A DNA stretch of 64,000 bases from an uncultured Clostridia bacterium (GCA_944385895.1 CALWYZ010000003.1:82164-146163); one strand, 5' to 3'; positions 19,898 through 30,106 are shown, counted from the first letter of the stretch. The notes: generated by a model not told the origin, from the sequence alone. Numbers and translations: made by a program.

Positions 19898-20585
19898 TTT
19901 TGCTTGCCGCCTCTCCTGTGATTATACCATAAATGCATAAAACAGCTATGATTGACAACATAGATGGAATAAGAAAATTCTGAGATTTAAAAATCAAAAG
20001 GCATATTACAGAGCATGCAATACCTGTTATAGCAGGGAAAATATTGCTTTTTGAATACAGCTGTTCAATAAAAATAACCACAAAAAGAGCTGTCATGGCA
20101 AAGTCGATACCTGCAGTATTAAAGCTGATAGCGGACCCTAACAGTGCACCCAGTACGCTTCCTAATATCCAATAGCTTTGATTTAGTATAGAAATATAAA
20201 AATAATATTTTTTCTTGTCTGTATTTTGAGGATTGCCTCGACAGACAAGAGCATATGTTTCATCGGTCAGTGAAAATATAAGATATGGTTTTACTTTTCC
20301 CATACCGCGGTATTTTTCAATCATTGATAAGCCATATAATATATGTCTGGCGTTTACAAGAAGTGTCATAACAGCACAGGAAATCAATGAGGCGCCGCCT
20401 GCAAGCAGGTTTACGGCAACAAACTGCATTGAGCCAGCATATATTGTAAGACTCATAATAAAAGCCCAGATAAAGCTATATCCCTTATCATAGAGAAGTA
20501 TACCAAAAGCTGCGCCCAGCACAATATATCCAGCCATTACAGGCAGGGAGTCAAAAAATGCCGTTTTAAAAGTATTATTGTTCAT
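19890..20585 (-). CDS. azlC: AzlC family branched-chain amino acid exporter component
   Basis: 231 aa polytopic protein with an AzlC-like N-terminus (FKTAFFDSLPVMAGYIVLG), paired with azlD. Confidence 0.8.
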   Translation of the reverse strand: MNNNTFKTAFFDSLPVMAGYIVLGAAFGILLYDKGYSFIWAFIMSLTIYAGSMQFVAVNLLAGGASLISCAVMTLLVNARHILYGLSMIEKYRGMGKVKPYLIFSLTDETYALVCRGNPQNTDKKKYYFYISILNQSYWILGSVLGALLGSAISFNTAGIDFAMTALFVVIFIEQLYSKSNIFPAITGIACSVICLLIFKSQNFLIPSMLSIIAVLCIYGIITGEAASKNE

Positions 20586-20677
20586 CTGTCATTTTGTCCT
20601 TTATTTTAAGCATTGCAGATTAGAGTATAGCATAAATTATATATAACTTCAATGTATTATGGTTGATTTCATATTAC

Positions 20678-20706
20678 TTGACATTATCTTATGTTTTTGA
20701 TATAAT
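20678..20706 (+). promoter_or_regulatory. consensus sigma-A promoter
   Basis: TTGACA (20678-20683), 17-nt spacer, TATAAT (20701-20706). Confidence 0.7.
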
Positions 20707-20870
20707 ATATAATATTAGCTATGGAGGTAATAAAAATTATGGATTCAGATGATTCAGACTGTGATGACCATCGAATATTACGGTGTATGAACAACTGTGC
20801 ATTTGTACATTTGCTTCTGTAATATGATTTTTTTCAACTATTGAAAAACATATTTCGGAGGTAATAAATA

Positions 20871-22166
20871 TTGAATAAAATAATAGCACAGATAATATTG
20901 CAAATAGTTTTGATTTTTTTAAATGCAGTTTTTGCATGTGCAGAAATTGCTGTATTGTCGATGAATGACAATAAACTTGAAAAACTTGCTGAAAGCGGAG
21001 ATAAGAGGGCCAGGCGCCTTAGCAAGCTGACTTGTCAGCCGGCAAGGTTCTTGGCTACTATACAGGTTGCAATAACACTTTCGGGCTTTTTGGGCAGCGC
21101 GTTTGCCGCTGATAATTTTTCAGACCCGATAGTGTCTGCTCTTAAAAACGCGGGTGTACCTATTGGTATAGAGACGCTCAATACAATCGCGGTAGTAGTG
21201 ATAACTATAATCTTGTCTTTTATAACGCTTGTTTTTGGTGAGCTTGTACCTAAAAGACTTGCTATGAGAAAAGCTGAAATGCTTGCACTGGGTCTGTCCG
21301 GCACGGTAAGATTTATTTCTATTGTGTTTGCGCCTCTGGTTTGGTTACTTACAGCATCAACAAATATGATTCTTCGTATGCTTGGTATTGATCCCAACGC
21401 TGAAGACAGCGAAGTAAGCGAAGAAGATATTCGTATGATGGCAGAGGTCGGCACTGAAAACGGTGTTCTTGATGAGCAGGAAAACAATATCATTCAGAAT
21501 GTATTTGAATTTGATGATATTTCAGTCGGTGAAATAATGACTCACAGGACTGAAGTCATCGCTCTTCGAAAGGAAGATTCCGTTGAAGAATGGAACAAAA
21601 CCATTTTCGATAGTAACCATATGTATTATCCGGTATATGATAAAAATGCCGATCAGATCATAGGTGTTTTAGATGCCAGAAAATACTTTAGACTTAAATC
21701 ACTGTCAAAAGAAACCATTTTTGAAAATGCTGTAAATAAACCGTTTTTTGTATCTTCTCAGACCAAAGCTGATGAGCTGTTCAGGATGATGAAAGAAAGC
21801 AAAATGCGGTTTGCAGTTGTTGTTGACGAGTTTGGAGGAACAGACGGTATTATAACGCTAAGTGATCTTATCGAACAGCTTATAGGAGAATTGGAAAGCT
21901 CTGCTGATGAAATAATTAAGATTGATGACAGTACATACAAAATATTGGGTAGTACTGAACTGTATAAAGTAGAGCGAGAGCTTAAATGTGATTTTGAAAG
22001 CGATGCTGCAACCCTGAACGGTTGGATAGTTGAAAAATTAGGAACCATTCCTCCGATAGGCGAAAGCTTTGAACACGAGAAATTTGAATTCGAAATAGTA
22101 TCTACTGATGAAAAATTGGTACGTGAGGTCGTGGTCAAAAAAATACCAGATACTGATAATCAATAA
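20871..22166 (+). CDS. CNNM/DUF21-CBS-CorC_HlyC family protein (hemolysin-family, putative divalent cation transport)
   Basis: 431 aa with TTG start after SD GGAGG. N-terminal 4-TM DUF21 region, a CBS pair region, and a C-terminal CorC/HlyC-type domain. Confidence 0.85.
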   Translation: MNKIIAQIILQIVLIFLNAVFACAEIAVLSMNDNKLEKLAESGDKRARRLSKLTCQPARFLATIQVAITLSGFLGSAFAADNFSDPIVSALKNAGVPIGIETLNTIAVVVITIILSFITLVFGELVPKRLAMRKAEMLALGLSGTVRFISIVFAPLVWLLTASTNMILRMLGIDPNAEDSEVSEEDIRMMAEVGTENGVLDEQENNIIQNVFEFDDISVGEIMTHRTEVIALRKEDSVEEWNKTIFDSNHMYYPVYDKNADQIIGVLDARKYFRLKSLSKETIFENAVNKPFFVSSQTKADELFRMMKESKMRFAVVVDEFGGTDGIITLSDLIEQLIGELESSADEIIKIDDSTYKILGSTELYKVERELKCDFESDAATLNGWIVEKLGTIPPIGESFEHEKFEFEIVSTDEKLVREVVVKKIPDTDNQ

Positions 22167-22316
22167 TTATATAACAGTCGGTTAATCAACATTTCCGGCT
22201 GTTATTTTTGTTAAGCGTAAAAATGTTTATTTGTGCTGCTGGTACATGTGTCTATAAATTAAAAATAATCATTGTTAGCACTTGAAATGTTAAAATAAAT
22301 GTGATATCATACATAT

Positions 22317-22556
22317 GCTCAAAGACTGTGACGGAGAGAGTAAGGCAATACGGAACTTAAAGCGAGCAGGTGATAGTGTAAGTCCTGTAATAGTACGGTT
22401 GTTCTGAAAATCACTCCCAAGTTGCGGATTGAAATAACAGTAAATCTTGCCGGTTATTCACCGTTATCTGAATCGTACATGGTTGTGTGCTGTAATAGGT
22501 GGTTATATAAGCGAAGGCTTTTGTCCTGTTATGGACAAAAGCCTTTATTTTTTAGA
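22317..22556 (+). promoter_or_regulatory. T-box leader (probable Ile specifier AUC) with terminator
   Basis: Promoter TTGAAA-17-TATCAT at 22282-22310. AGAGAGUA and GGUGAUAG elements. Candidate specifier GAAA-AUC-A (22410-22412). Divergent T-box core AATAGGTGGTTATATAAGCG (22494-22513). Terminator GAAGGCTTTTGTCC / GGACAAAAGCCTT followed by TATTTTTT. Confidence 0.75.
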
Positions 22557-22569
22557 AAGGAGAGGTTAT

Positions 22570-25500
22570 ATGTATAACCAGGTGCCTACTAATCTTAATT
22601 TTGTTGACAGAGAAAAAAATATTGAAAAGTTCTGGCAGCAAAATAATATTTTTGAAGAAAGCATAGAAAGCAGGGCGAAGGGAACCCCTTATGTCTTTTA
22701 TGACGGCCCTCCGACAGCTAACGGAAAACCTCATATAGGTCATGTGCTCACTCGCGTTATAAAAGACCTTATACCGAGATATCGCACAATGAAAGGATAT
22801 ATGGTACCTCGTAAGGCGGGCTGGGACACACATGGATTGCCTGTTGAGCTGGAAGTGGAAAAGTCGCTTGGTCTTGACGGAAAAGAACAGATCGAAAAAT
22901 ACGGTCTGGAGCCTTTTATCAGCCATTGCAAGGAGAGCGTATGGAAATATAAAGGCATGTGGGAGGACTTTTCGCGTAAAGTAGGCTTCTGGGCGGATAT
23001 GAATAACCCTTATGTAACTTACGACAACTCGTTTATTGAGTCTGAATGGTGGGCGTTGAAAAAGATTTTCGAAAAAAAGCTGCTTTACAAAGGTTTTAAA
23101 ATCGTTCCTTATTGCCCCAGATGCGGCACACCGCTTTCATCACATGAAGTGGCACAGGGATATAAAAACGTAAAAGAGCGCTCAGCAATAGTTAGATTTA
23201 AAGCAAAAGGTGAGGATGCCTACTTTCTTGCATGGACAACTACGCCCTGGACATTGCCGAGCAATGTCGCCTTGTGTGTAAACCCTGACGTGGATTACTG
23301 TAAGGTAAAGGCTGCCGATGGCTACACTTATTATTTGGCCAAGGCTCTTGCTGATAAAGTATTGGGAAGTCTGGCAGATGATAATAACGCAGCGTATGAA
23401 GTACTGGAAAATTATAAAGGAAGCGAGCTGGAATTTAAAGAATATGAGCCGTTATTCGAATTTGTAAAGCCTGTATGCGAAAAACAGGGAAAGAAAGGTC
23501 ACTATATAACATGTGATACTTATGTAACAACAGGCGACGGTACCGGTATTGTTCATATTGCTCCTGCATTTGGTGAAGATGACGCAAATGTAGGTAAAAA
23601 ATATGATCTTCCGTTTGTACAGCTTGTTGACGGAAAAGGAAATCTTACTTCAGAAACTCCTTATGCTGGCATGTTTGTAAAAAAGGCCGATCCGGTTATA
23701 CTTGAGGATCTTGATAAAAGCGGTCTTTTGTTTTCAGCACCTAAATTTGAACATGATTATCCGTTTTGCTGGCGTTGTGATACACCGCTTATTTATTATG
23801 CAAGAGAGTCATGGTTTATAAAAATGACAGCGGTACGGGATAAGCTCATTAAAAACAATAATACTATAAACTGGATCCCCGAAAGCATAGGCAAACGCCG
23901 CTTCGGAGATTGGCTTGAAAATGTTCAGGATTGGGGAATATCCAGAAACCGTTATTGGGGTACTCCGCTTAATATCTGGGAATGTGAATGCGGACACCTG
24001 CATTCAATAGGCAGCATAGAGGAGCTAAAATCGCTTTCCGATAACTGTCCGGAAGATATAGAGCTTCACAGACCTTTTATTGATGCTGTTACTATCACCT
24101 GTCCGCATTGCAAAAAGCAAATGAAGCGTGTGCCTGAAGTTATTGATTGTTGGTTTGATTCAGGCTCTATGCCTTTTGCACAGCATCATTATCCTTTTGA
24201 AAATAAAGAACTGTTTGAATCACAGTTCCCGGCTGATTTTATATCCGAAGCCGTAGACCAGACCCGAGGATGGTTTTATTCTTTGCTTGCTATATCGACT
24301 CTTATTTTTGATAAGGCTCCGTTTAAAAACTGTATAGTTTTGGGTCATGTTCAAGATGAAAACGGCCAGAAAATGTCAAAATCCAAAGGCAATGCTGTAG
24401 ATCCGTTTGAGGCTCTTGAAACATTCGGCGCCGATGCGATAAGATGGTATTTTTATACTAATTCAGCGCCATGGCTTCCAAACAAATTTTACAGCAAGGC
24501 TGTCATAGAGGGACAGCGCAAGTTTATGGGCACTCTGTGGAACACATATGCCTTTTATGTTCTGTACGCAAATATAGATGAATTTGATCCTACAAAGTAT
24601 AATTTGTGTGACTGTAAGCTTAATGTTATGGACAGATGGATACTTTCAAGGCTCAATAGTACAGTTAAAAATGTAGATGAATGTCTTGATCAGTATAAGA
24701 TTCCGGAAGCTGCAAGAGCTTTACAGGAATTTGTAGATGATTTGTCAAACTGGTATGTCCGTCGCGGTCGCGAACGTTACTGGGTACAAGGTGAAACAGA
24801 AGATAAAACCGCTGCATACATGACATTGTATACATCTCTTGTTACTATATCAAAAGCGGCTGCACCGATGATACCTTTCATGACTGAGGATATATATCAG
24901 AATATAGTTCGTACCGTTGATAAAAACGCTCCTAAAAGTATTCATTTATGCGACTTTCCTACAGTTGACCAACAGTATATTAATCCGGAACTTGAGTATG
25001 CTATGCAGAAGGTTTTGGAAATAGTTGTGCTTGGACGAGCTGCAAGAAACGGTGCAAATATTAAAAATCGTCAACCGTTAGCGGCTATGTATGTTAAGAC
25101 GGAAAAAGCACTTGATGATATCTATATAAATATTATTGAAGATGAACTTAATATAAAGAGTGTTGAGTTTACAGATAATGCTGATGATTTTGTTTCTTAC
25201 AAATTTAAACCTCAGCTCAAAACTGTAGGACCAAAGTATGGAAAGCAGCTTGGTGAAATACGCACTGCTCTTGCTGAGCTTGACGGTAATGCAGCTAAAA
25301 TTTCGTTGGACCGTGACGGTAATATTACGCTTCATCTTCCGTCGGGAGATGTAACTCTTTATGCTGAGGATCTGCTGATCGAGACTGTTCAGAAGGAAGG
25401 ATTTTATACCTTAAGTGATAAAGGTGTAACTGTTGCCATCGATACAACTCTCAGTCCGGAGCTTATTGACGAGGGCTTTGCACGTGAAGTTGTGTCAAAA

Positions 25501-25719
25501 ATACAGACGATGCGTAAAGAAGCGGATTTCAACGTTACAGACCATATAAATATAACCTTGTCCGGTAGTGAAAAAATTACGGATACCGCAATGCGTATGA
25601 AAAACAGCATAATCGGCGATACTCTTGCAGATAGTCTTACATGTGCCAAGCCTGAAGGATATGTGAAAAATTGGAATATAAACGGTCAGGATGTGGCTAT
25701 CGGTATAAAAAAAGTCTAA
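22570..25719 (+). CDS. ileS: isoleucine--tRNA ligase (long, about 1049-aa form)
   Basis: Starts MYNQVPTNLNF after SD AGGAGAGG. HIGH motif PHIGH and KMSKS motif KMSKSKGN. The ORF-track start at 22447 lies inside the leader. Confidence 0.95.
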   Translation: MYNQVPTNLNFVDREKNIEKFWQQNNIFEESIESRAKGTPYVFYDGPPTANGKPHIGHVLTRVIKDLIPRYRTMKGYMVPRKAGWDTHGLPVELEVEKSLGLDGKEQIEKYGLEPFISHCKESVWKYKGMWEDFSRKVGFWADMNNPYVTYDNSFIESEWWALKKIFEKKLLYKGFKIVPYCPRCGTPLSSHEVAQGYKNVKERSAIVRFKAKGEDAYFLAWTTTPWTLPSNVALCVNPDVDYCKVKAADGYTYYLAKALADKVLGSLADDNNAAYEVLENYKGSELEFKEYEPLFEFVKPVCEKQGKKGHYITCDTYVTTGDGTGIVHIAPAFGEDDANVGKKYDLPFVQLVDGKGNLTSETPYAGMFVKKADPVILEDLDKSGLLFSAPKFEHDYPFCWRCDTPLIYYARESWFIKMTAVRDKLIKNNNTINWIPESIGKRRFGDWLENVQDWGISRNRYWGTPLNIWECECGHLHSIGSIEELKSLSDNCPEDIELHRPFIDAVTITCPHCKKQMKRVPEVIDCWFDSGSMPFAQHHYPFENKELFESQFPADFISEAVDQTRGWFYSLLAISTLIFDKAPFKNCIVLGHVQDENGQKMSKSKGNAVDPFEALETFGADAIRWYFYTNSAPWLPNKFYSKAVIEGQRKFMGTLWNTYAFYVLYANIDEFDPTKYNLCDCKLNVMDRWILSRLNSTVKNVDECLDQYKIPEAARALQEFVDDLSNWYVRRGRERYWVQGETEDKTAAYMTLYTSLVTISKAAAPMIPFMTEDIYQNIVRTVDKNAPKSIHLCDFPTVDQQYINPELEYAMQKVLEIVVLGRAARNGANIKNRQPLAAMYVKTEKALDDIYINIIEDELNIKSVEFTDNADDFVSYKFKPQLKTVGPKYGKQLGEIRTALAELDGNAAKISLDRDGNITLHLPSGDVTLYAEDLLIETVQKEGFYTLSDKGVTVAIDTTLSPELIDEGFAREVVSKIQTMRKEADFNVTDHINITLSGSEKITDTAMRMKNSIIGDTLADSLTCAKPEGYVKNWNINGQDVAIGIKKV

Positions 25720-25724
25720 TAATT

Positions 25725-25761
25725 AAAGTCTGCGGTAAGTTATCCGCAGACTTTTTATTTT
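25725..25761 (+). terminator. intrinsic terminator after ileS
   Basis: AAAGTCTGCGG / CCGCAGACTTT stem followed by TTATTTTT. Confidence 0.8.
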
Positions 25762-25844
25762 TACTTGAAATATTAATATAATTGTATTATAATTTTAACA
25801 ATGAATTGCATCCGTGTAAACGGAGCAGTATCGGAGGTAAATAT

Positions 25845-26447
25845 ATGAAAAAAACAAAAAACAGCACACTTGATGTGCGCAAGCTGCCTTTGACGGGAAT
25901 TTTAACGGCACTGGTCATAATCCTTCAATTTATGGCAAATTATATTCAGCCTGTTCCCGGTGTGTCAATAACCCTTGTTCTTGTTCCTATTGTGATAGGC
26001 GCCGCTCTGCTGGGACAGTATGTAGGAATTTGGCTTGGACTTGTTTTCGGGTTTACGGTATTTCTTTCGGGAGGTGCAAATGCGTTTTTGGCAATAAGTA
26101 TACCCGGAACGGTCATAACCTGTTTGCTGAAGGGTGCACTTGCTGGTTTTGCAGTAAGCGTCGTTTATCGGCTGTTTGAAAAAAAGAACCAGTATCTGGC
26201 AATTATTTTATCGGCTGTTATATGTCCTATTGTAAATACAGGTATATTCCTTATTTGCTGCAGGATATTTTTCTGGCAGGGAGTACAAGATTGGGGCGCT
26301 TCTCTGGGTTTTGATAATGCGGTTCAGTATCTGTTTATTGGTTTGGCCGGAATCAACTTTATTGTAGAGCTTGCTATAAACTGCGTTTTGGCTCCGGTAA
26401 TACTAAGGCTTACCAAAATAGGCAAAAGTACACTTGCCGGTCATTGA
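25845..26447 (+). CDS. ECF-transporter S component-like membrane protein (substrate unknown)
   Basis: About 200 aa from MKKTKNSTLDVRKLPLTGIL, with about 6 TM helices and an S-component-like N-terminus. Promoter TTGAAA-17-TATAAT at 25765-25793. SD GGAGG. Confidence 0.6.
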   Translation: MKKTKNSTLDVRKLPLTGILTALVIILQFMANYIQPVPGVSITLVLVPIVIGAALLGQYVGIWLGLVFGFTVFLSGGANAFLAISIPGTVITCLLKGALAGFAVSVVYRLFEKKNQYLAIILSAVICPIVNTGIFLICCRIFFWQGVQDWGASLGFDNAVQYLFIGLAGINFIVELAINCVLAPVILRLTKIGKSTLAGH

Positions 26448-26566
26448 TTTGTAATTTTATTATAAAAAAGACTATCTCAAACAGAGATGGTCTTTTTTTG
26501 TTCTAAATTTGAATGTGGACAAATACTATTTAACAAAGGACAAACTTATAAGGAGTAAAAAAGAAT

Positions 26567-27517
26567 ATGATAGACGGACTTAAATGGCAAAACGAAATTT
26601 ATCCGTATCTTGGGCAGAAGTTATCAAGATATATTGAAAAATTACCTACATCAACATTATGCAATATAAGTGAAATACGGTTAAGAGCAGGCGGCGCGGT
26701 AAGTGTTACGGTAGGAAATAAAAATATAATCGTACACAATGAAAATAATGAGCCTTTGACGCTGAGTCTGTCTGAAAACACAGAGGTTTTTACACGATTA
26801 TGCGGCGGTACAGTATTCAAGTACGAAAATCAGATAAAAAACGGTTACATAACAATACAGGGTGGTCATCGAGTTGGGTTCTGCGGAACAGCAGTATATG
26901 AAGGAGATAAAATTGTTACTGTAAAAGATATAACAACTGTAACTTTCAGGATATCAAGACAGATCAAAAATGCAGCTCGTGAAATAATCGGAAATATAAT
27001 CAACAATGATAAAATATATTCCGCGCTGATCGTAAGCGAACCGTGTGGAGGTAAAACTACAATATTAAGCGATCTTGCACGGCTGATTTCAAATATGGGC
27101 AAAAGATGCGCAGTGGTAGATGAGAGAGGGGAGATATGCTCGGTATTTGACGGGGTGGCACAAAAAGAAATAGGAAATTTGACCGATATATTGAATGGAT
27201 ACAGTAAGGGTGACGGAATGATGACGGCTTTAAGATGTCTGTCGCCGCAGCTTATAATCTGTGACGAGATAGGCTCCAGAGCAGATACTGATGCAATGCT
27301 TGAAGCAATGAACGCCGGCGTGCCTGTAATCGCAACAGCTCATGCGACAAACGAAGATGATCTGCTTGGCCGGCCGCAAATAGAACGCTTGATTGATTAC
27401 GGAGCCGTAGATAAGATATTTTTTCTTCAGGGGAATGCAAATCCGGGTGTTTTAAGAAAGGTCATAACGGTAAACAGATATGATGAAGATAGCTGGAACA
27501 GCGATGATAGCAATTAG
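26567..27517 (+). CDS. spoIIIAA: stage III sporulation protein AA (ATPase)
   Basis: 316 aa. Walker A EPCGGKTT, Walker B LIICDEIG. First gene of an eight-gene block in canonical spoIIIA order. Confidence 0.9.
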   Translation: MIDGLKWQNEIYPYLGQKLSRYIEKLPTSTLCNISEIRLRAGGAVSVTVGNKNIIVHNENNEPLTLSLSENTEVFTRLCGGTVFKYENQIKNGYITIQGGHRVGFCGTAVYEGDKIVTVKDITTVTFRISRQIKNAAREIIGNIINNDKIYSALIVSEPCGGKTTILSDLARLISNMGKRCAVVDERGEICSVFDGVAQKEIGNLTDILNGYSKGDGMMTALRCLSPQLIICDEIGSRADTDAMLEAMNAGVPVIATAHATNEDDLLGRPQIERLIDYGAVDKIFFLQGNANPGVLRKVITVNRYDEDSWNSDDSN

Positions 27518-27977
27518 CATTTTAATGTTTGGTTTTTTCAGATACGAACGTTATAAAACTCGTCCTAAGGATTTGGAGTTTTTCATTAAGCTTCTATACG
27601 CATACAGACTTGAACTGAAATGGAGCAAAAAATCTTTTGACGAAATTGTAAGCAGCTTTAAATATAAAGGCTACGATCAATATATAAGTGAAGCTGTAGG
27701 GATGCTTAATCATAAAACAAAGCTTGAGGCTTATATAGAAGAAAACAGCAAATTTGTAAATATGAGCTTTACTGCGGACGATACCGCTGTACTGAAATAT
27801 TTCTTTTCGGAAAGCGGAAAGGGAAACCTCATTTCTGAAATTAATTTATGTGACAAGACTATCGAAATCTTAGAGGCAAAAAAGCAGGAGGCAGAAGCAG
27901 ATTTTAAAAGACAGGGTCCGCTTGCACTTAAACTTGGCATTGTGTGCGGAGCATGGCTGATAATTATGCTTATGTAA
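27480..27977 (+). CDS. spoIIIAB: stage III sporulation protein AB
   Basis: 165 aa with an N-terminal and a C-terminal TM helix. Position and size match SpoIIIAB. Confidence 0.8.
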   Translation: MMKIAGTAMIAISILMFGFFRYERYKTRPKDLEFFIKLLYAYRLELKWSKKSFDEIVSSFKYKGYDQYISEAVGMLNHKTKLEAYIEENSKFVNMSFTADDTAVLKYFFSESGKGNLISEINLCDKTIEILEAKKQEAEADFKRQGPLALKLGIVCGAWLIIMLM

Positions 27978-27983
27978 GAATAA

Positions 27984-28178
27984 ATGGATATGGATATTAT
28001 TTTTAAAATCGCCGGAATAGGTATTGTTATATCAATATTAAATATTATTCTTGCCAAGGCCGGACGAGATGAGTACGTTATGCTGACAACACTTGCCGGT
28101 ATAATCATAGTTGTAATTATGGTTATGGATCAGGTAAAGGAATTGTTTTCTGCATTGGAAAATTTATTTGGCTTATGA
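27984..28178 (+). CDS. spoIIIAC: stage III sporulation protein AC
   Basis: 64 aa, two TM helices. IFKIAGIGIVISILNIIL...GRDEY is close to the B. subtilis SpoIIIAC pattern. Confidence 0.85.
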   Translation: MDMDIIFKIAGIGIVISILNIILAKAGRDEYVMLTTLAGIIIVVIMVMDQVKELFSALENLFGL

Positions 28179-28573
28179 TAACAGAAACCGTTAAAATTAT
28201 ACTGTTTATTATTTGTGCGCTTTTTTTGGCAATAGTTTTAAAATCCGTTAAAAGCAATTTATCAATATTATTGATAATTTTTGTTTCGGTGGCAGCGTTC
28301 GTATTTATATGTACACAGCTTTACGGCGTTTTGGATTTTATAAACACATTGGCTGACAAAGCAGGAATTGATGATCAGTATATAGGAATTATATTAAAAT
28401 GCATCGGTGTGTGCTTTCTGGGAGAATTTGCTGCCGGACTTTGCCGAGATTGCGGCGAAAATACGCTTGCAAACAATAGCGAAATTATATGCAAATGCAG
28501 TATTTTGGTAATTGCTATGCCGATGTACATAGATATTTTTAATCTGATATTAAAATTATGGGAAAGTGTTTAA
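28175..28573 (+). CDS. spoIIIAD: stage III sporulation protein AD
   Basis: 132 aa. ILKCIGVCFLGEFAAGLCRDCGE matches the conserved SpoIIIAD core. ATGA overlap with spoIIIAC. Confidence 0.85.
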   Translation: MITETVKIILFIICALFLAIVLKSVKSNLSILLIIFVSVAAFVFICTQLYGVLDFINTLADKAGIDDQYIGIILKCIGVCFLGEFAAGLCRDCGENTLANNSEIICKCSILVIAMPMYIDIFNLILKLWESV

Positions 28574-29652
28574 AAAAATCTTGTTTCTTTTTTATTTTAT
28601 TATTTGCTTTAAGTGTAAAGTGCTTCGCCATTACAGAAGATGATAAACTTTTAGAGCAATATATGCAAGGCGCGCCAGAAGCATTTGAATACAACGGTGA
28701 TACGACTGATTATTCTGGTCTTGAGGAAAAGCTGAATTTTAACGGAATAGTAAACACTATATTAAATGCCGTTAAATCACAGCTTAAAAATTGCGTTAAT
28801 TTGTTTGTAACAATATCTGTTGTGATTTTACTGTTTTCGGTCGTTGACAGCTTTGAATTCAATACAACAAAATCTCTTTCCAATATAACCTCTACAGTAG
28901 TTTCCATGACAGTTTTACTTGTATGCTTTGCTACGCTAAAAAGTAATATTGATATCATAAAAGATTCAGTTGAAAGCATGAAAATTTTTACCACTGCCGC
29001 AATACCGGTTATCACAACGCTTTGCATTGCAAGCGCAGACACTTTTTCAGGCGCTCTGTTTTCCGCGTCTGTATCTCTGAGTTCAACTGTATTTGAATAT
29101 ATAAGTCAAAATCTGATTTTACCGCTATCAATACTTTATCTTTCTTTCGGAGCGATAGGGAATATATCACAAAGTTACAGTGTAATATCAGTAAATGCAT
29201 ACATGAAACGATTTATTAAGTGGGCGATAGGAATTTTTGCCGGTATTTTTACTGCTTCTTTTTCGCTTCAAAGCTTTCTTTCTCATTCCTCGGATACGTT
29301 GATGAAACGTGGCATAAAGACGGCGGTAGGCAGCTTTATACCTGTAGTGGGAAGCACTCTTTCGGGCAGTATTGACAGTATGTTTATTCTTGCTGCAAAT
29401 TCCAAAACTTCTTTTGCTGTTCTTGGAATAATTATTATATTATTTATTTTTTTACCACCCATTGCCGGCAATGTATGTTACGGTGTCGCTGTTACGGCGG
29501 CCAAAGCGCTTGCATCGTTTCTTAAAGTTAATAAAGCTGAAAGGGTGCTGGGTATTGTAGCTGATACATTCTTTATACTTGCAGGTATTTGCAGCGCATG
29601 TGTGTATATGGTAGTTATATCTTTCTTGATTATATGTATTAATATTGGATAA
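28558..29652 (+). CDS. spoIIIAE: stage III sporulation protein AE
   Basis: 364 aa with a signal-like N-terminus followed by a polytopic membrane domain, in canonical operon position. Confidence 0.85.
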   Translation: MGKCLKKSCFFFILLFALSVKCFAITEDDKLLEQYMQGAPEAFEYNGDTTDYSGLEEKLNFNGIVNTILNAVKSQLKNCVNLFVTISVVILLFSVVDSFEFNTTKSLSNITSTVVSMTVLLVCFATLKSNIDIIKDSVESMKIFTTAAIPVITTLCIASADTFSGALFSASVSLSSTVFEYISQNLILPLSILYLSFGAIGNISQSYSVISVNAYMKRFIKWAIGIFAGIFTASFSLQSFLSHSSDTLMKRGIKTAVGSFIPVVGSTLSGSIDSMFILAANSKTSFAVLGIIIILFIFLPPIAGNVCYGVAVTAAKALASFLKVNKAERVLGIVADTFFILAGICSACVYMVVISFLIICINIG

Positions 29653-29654
29653 AG

Positions 29655-30104
29655 ATGAATGAGCTGATTAAATTTGCAATTAATATATGTATTTTAGTAA
29701 TAATAGCCTCTGTTGTAACAACTGTTACGGAAAACATGAAAAACGGCAAACTTGTACGCTCAGCTGCAGCCGTAATGATGATAGTCGTTACTTTGAATTT
29801 TATTTTAAGTATAGATTTTGACAGCAATGATATTTTCATAGCAGAAAACTATTCTGTAGACCGAGCCGAGGTATGGCAAAATGCGCTTTTAAATGTTAAA
29901 GAACAGCTTGAAAATGAAATGTTGTCGGTATGTAAACAAAATAAATTGAATATTGATAATATAAATGTTAGTCTTGATACGGATTATGAAAATATTCAAA
30001 TCAAAAGCGTTAATGTAACAGGTGCGGATGCTGTGGCAGCTAAAAATTTAATTGCTGGTTATTTTAAAATCGGACTCGCATATATAAATATTGACGGAGC
30101 ATAA
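29655..30104 (+). CDS. spoIIIAF: stage III sporulation protein AF
   Basis: 149 aa with two N-terminal TM helices and a soluble C-terminal domain, in canonical position. Confidence 0.8.
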   Translation: MNELIKFAINICILVIIASVVTTVTENMKNGKLVRSAAAVMMIVVTLNFILSIDFDSNDIFIAENYSVDRAEVWQNALLNVKEQLENEMLSVCKQNKLNIDNINVSLDTDYENIQIKSVNVTGADAVAAKNLIAGYFKIGLAYINIDGA

Positions 30105-30106
30105 AA

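Noticed and set aside
26448-26566. Sigma-E promoter for the spoIIIA operon
   Set aside because: A sporulation promoter is expected here, but I could not match both -35 and -10 consensus elements convincingly. Only a weak AATACTAT element is present, so I do not report it as a feature.
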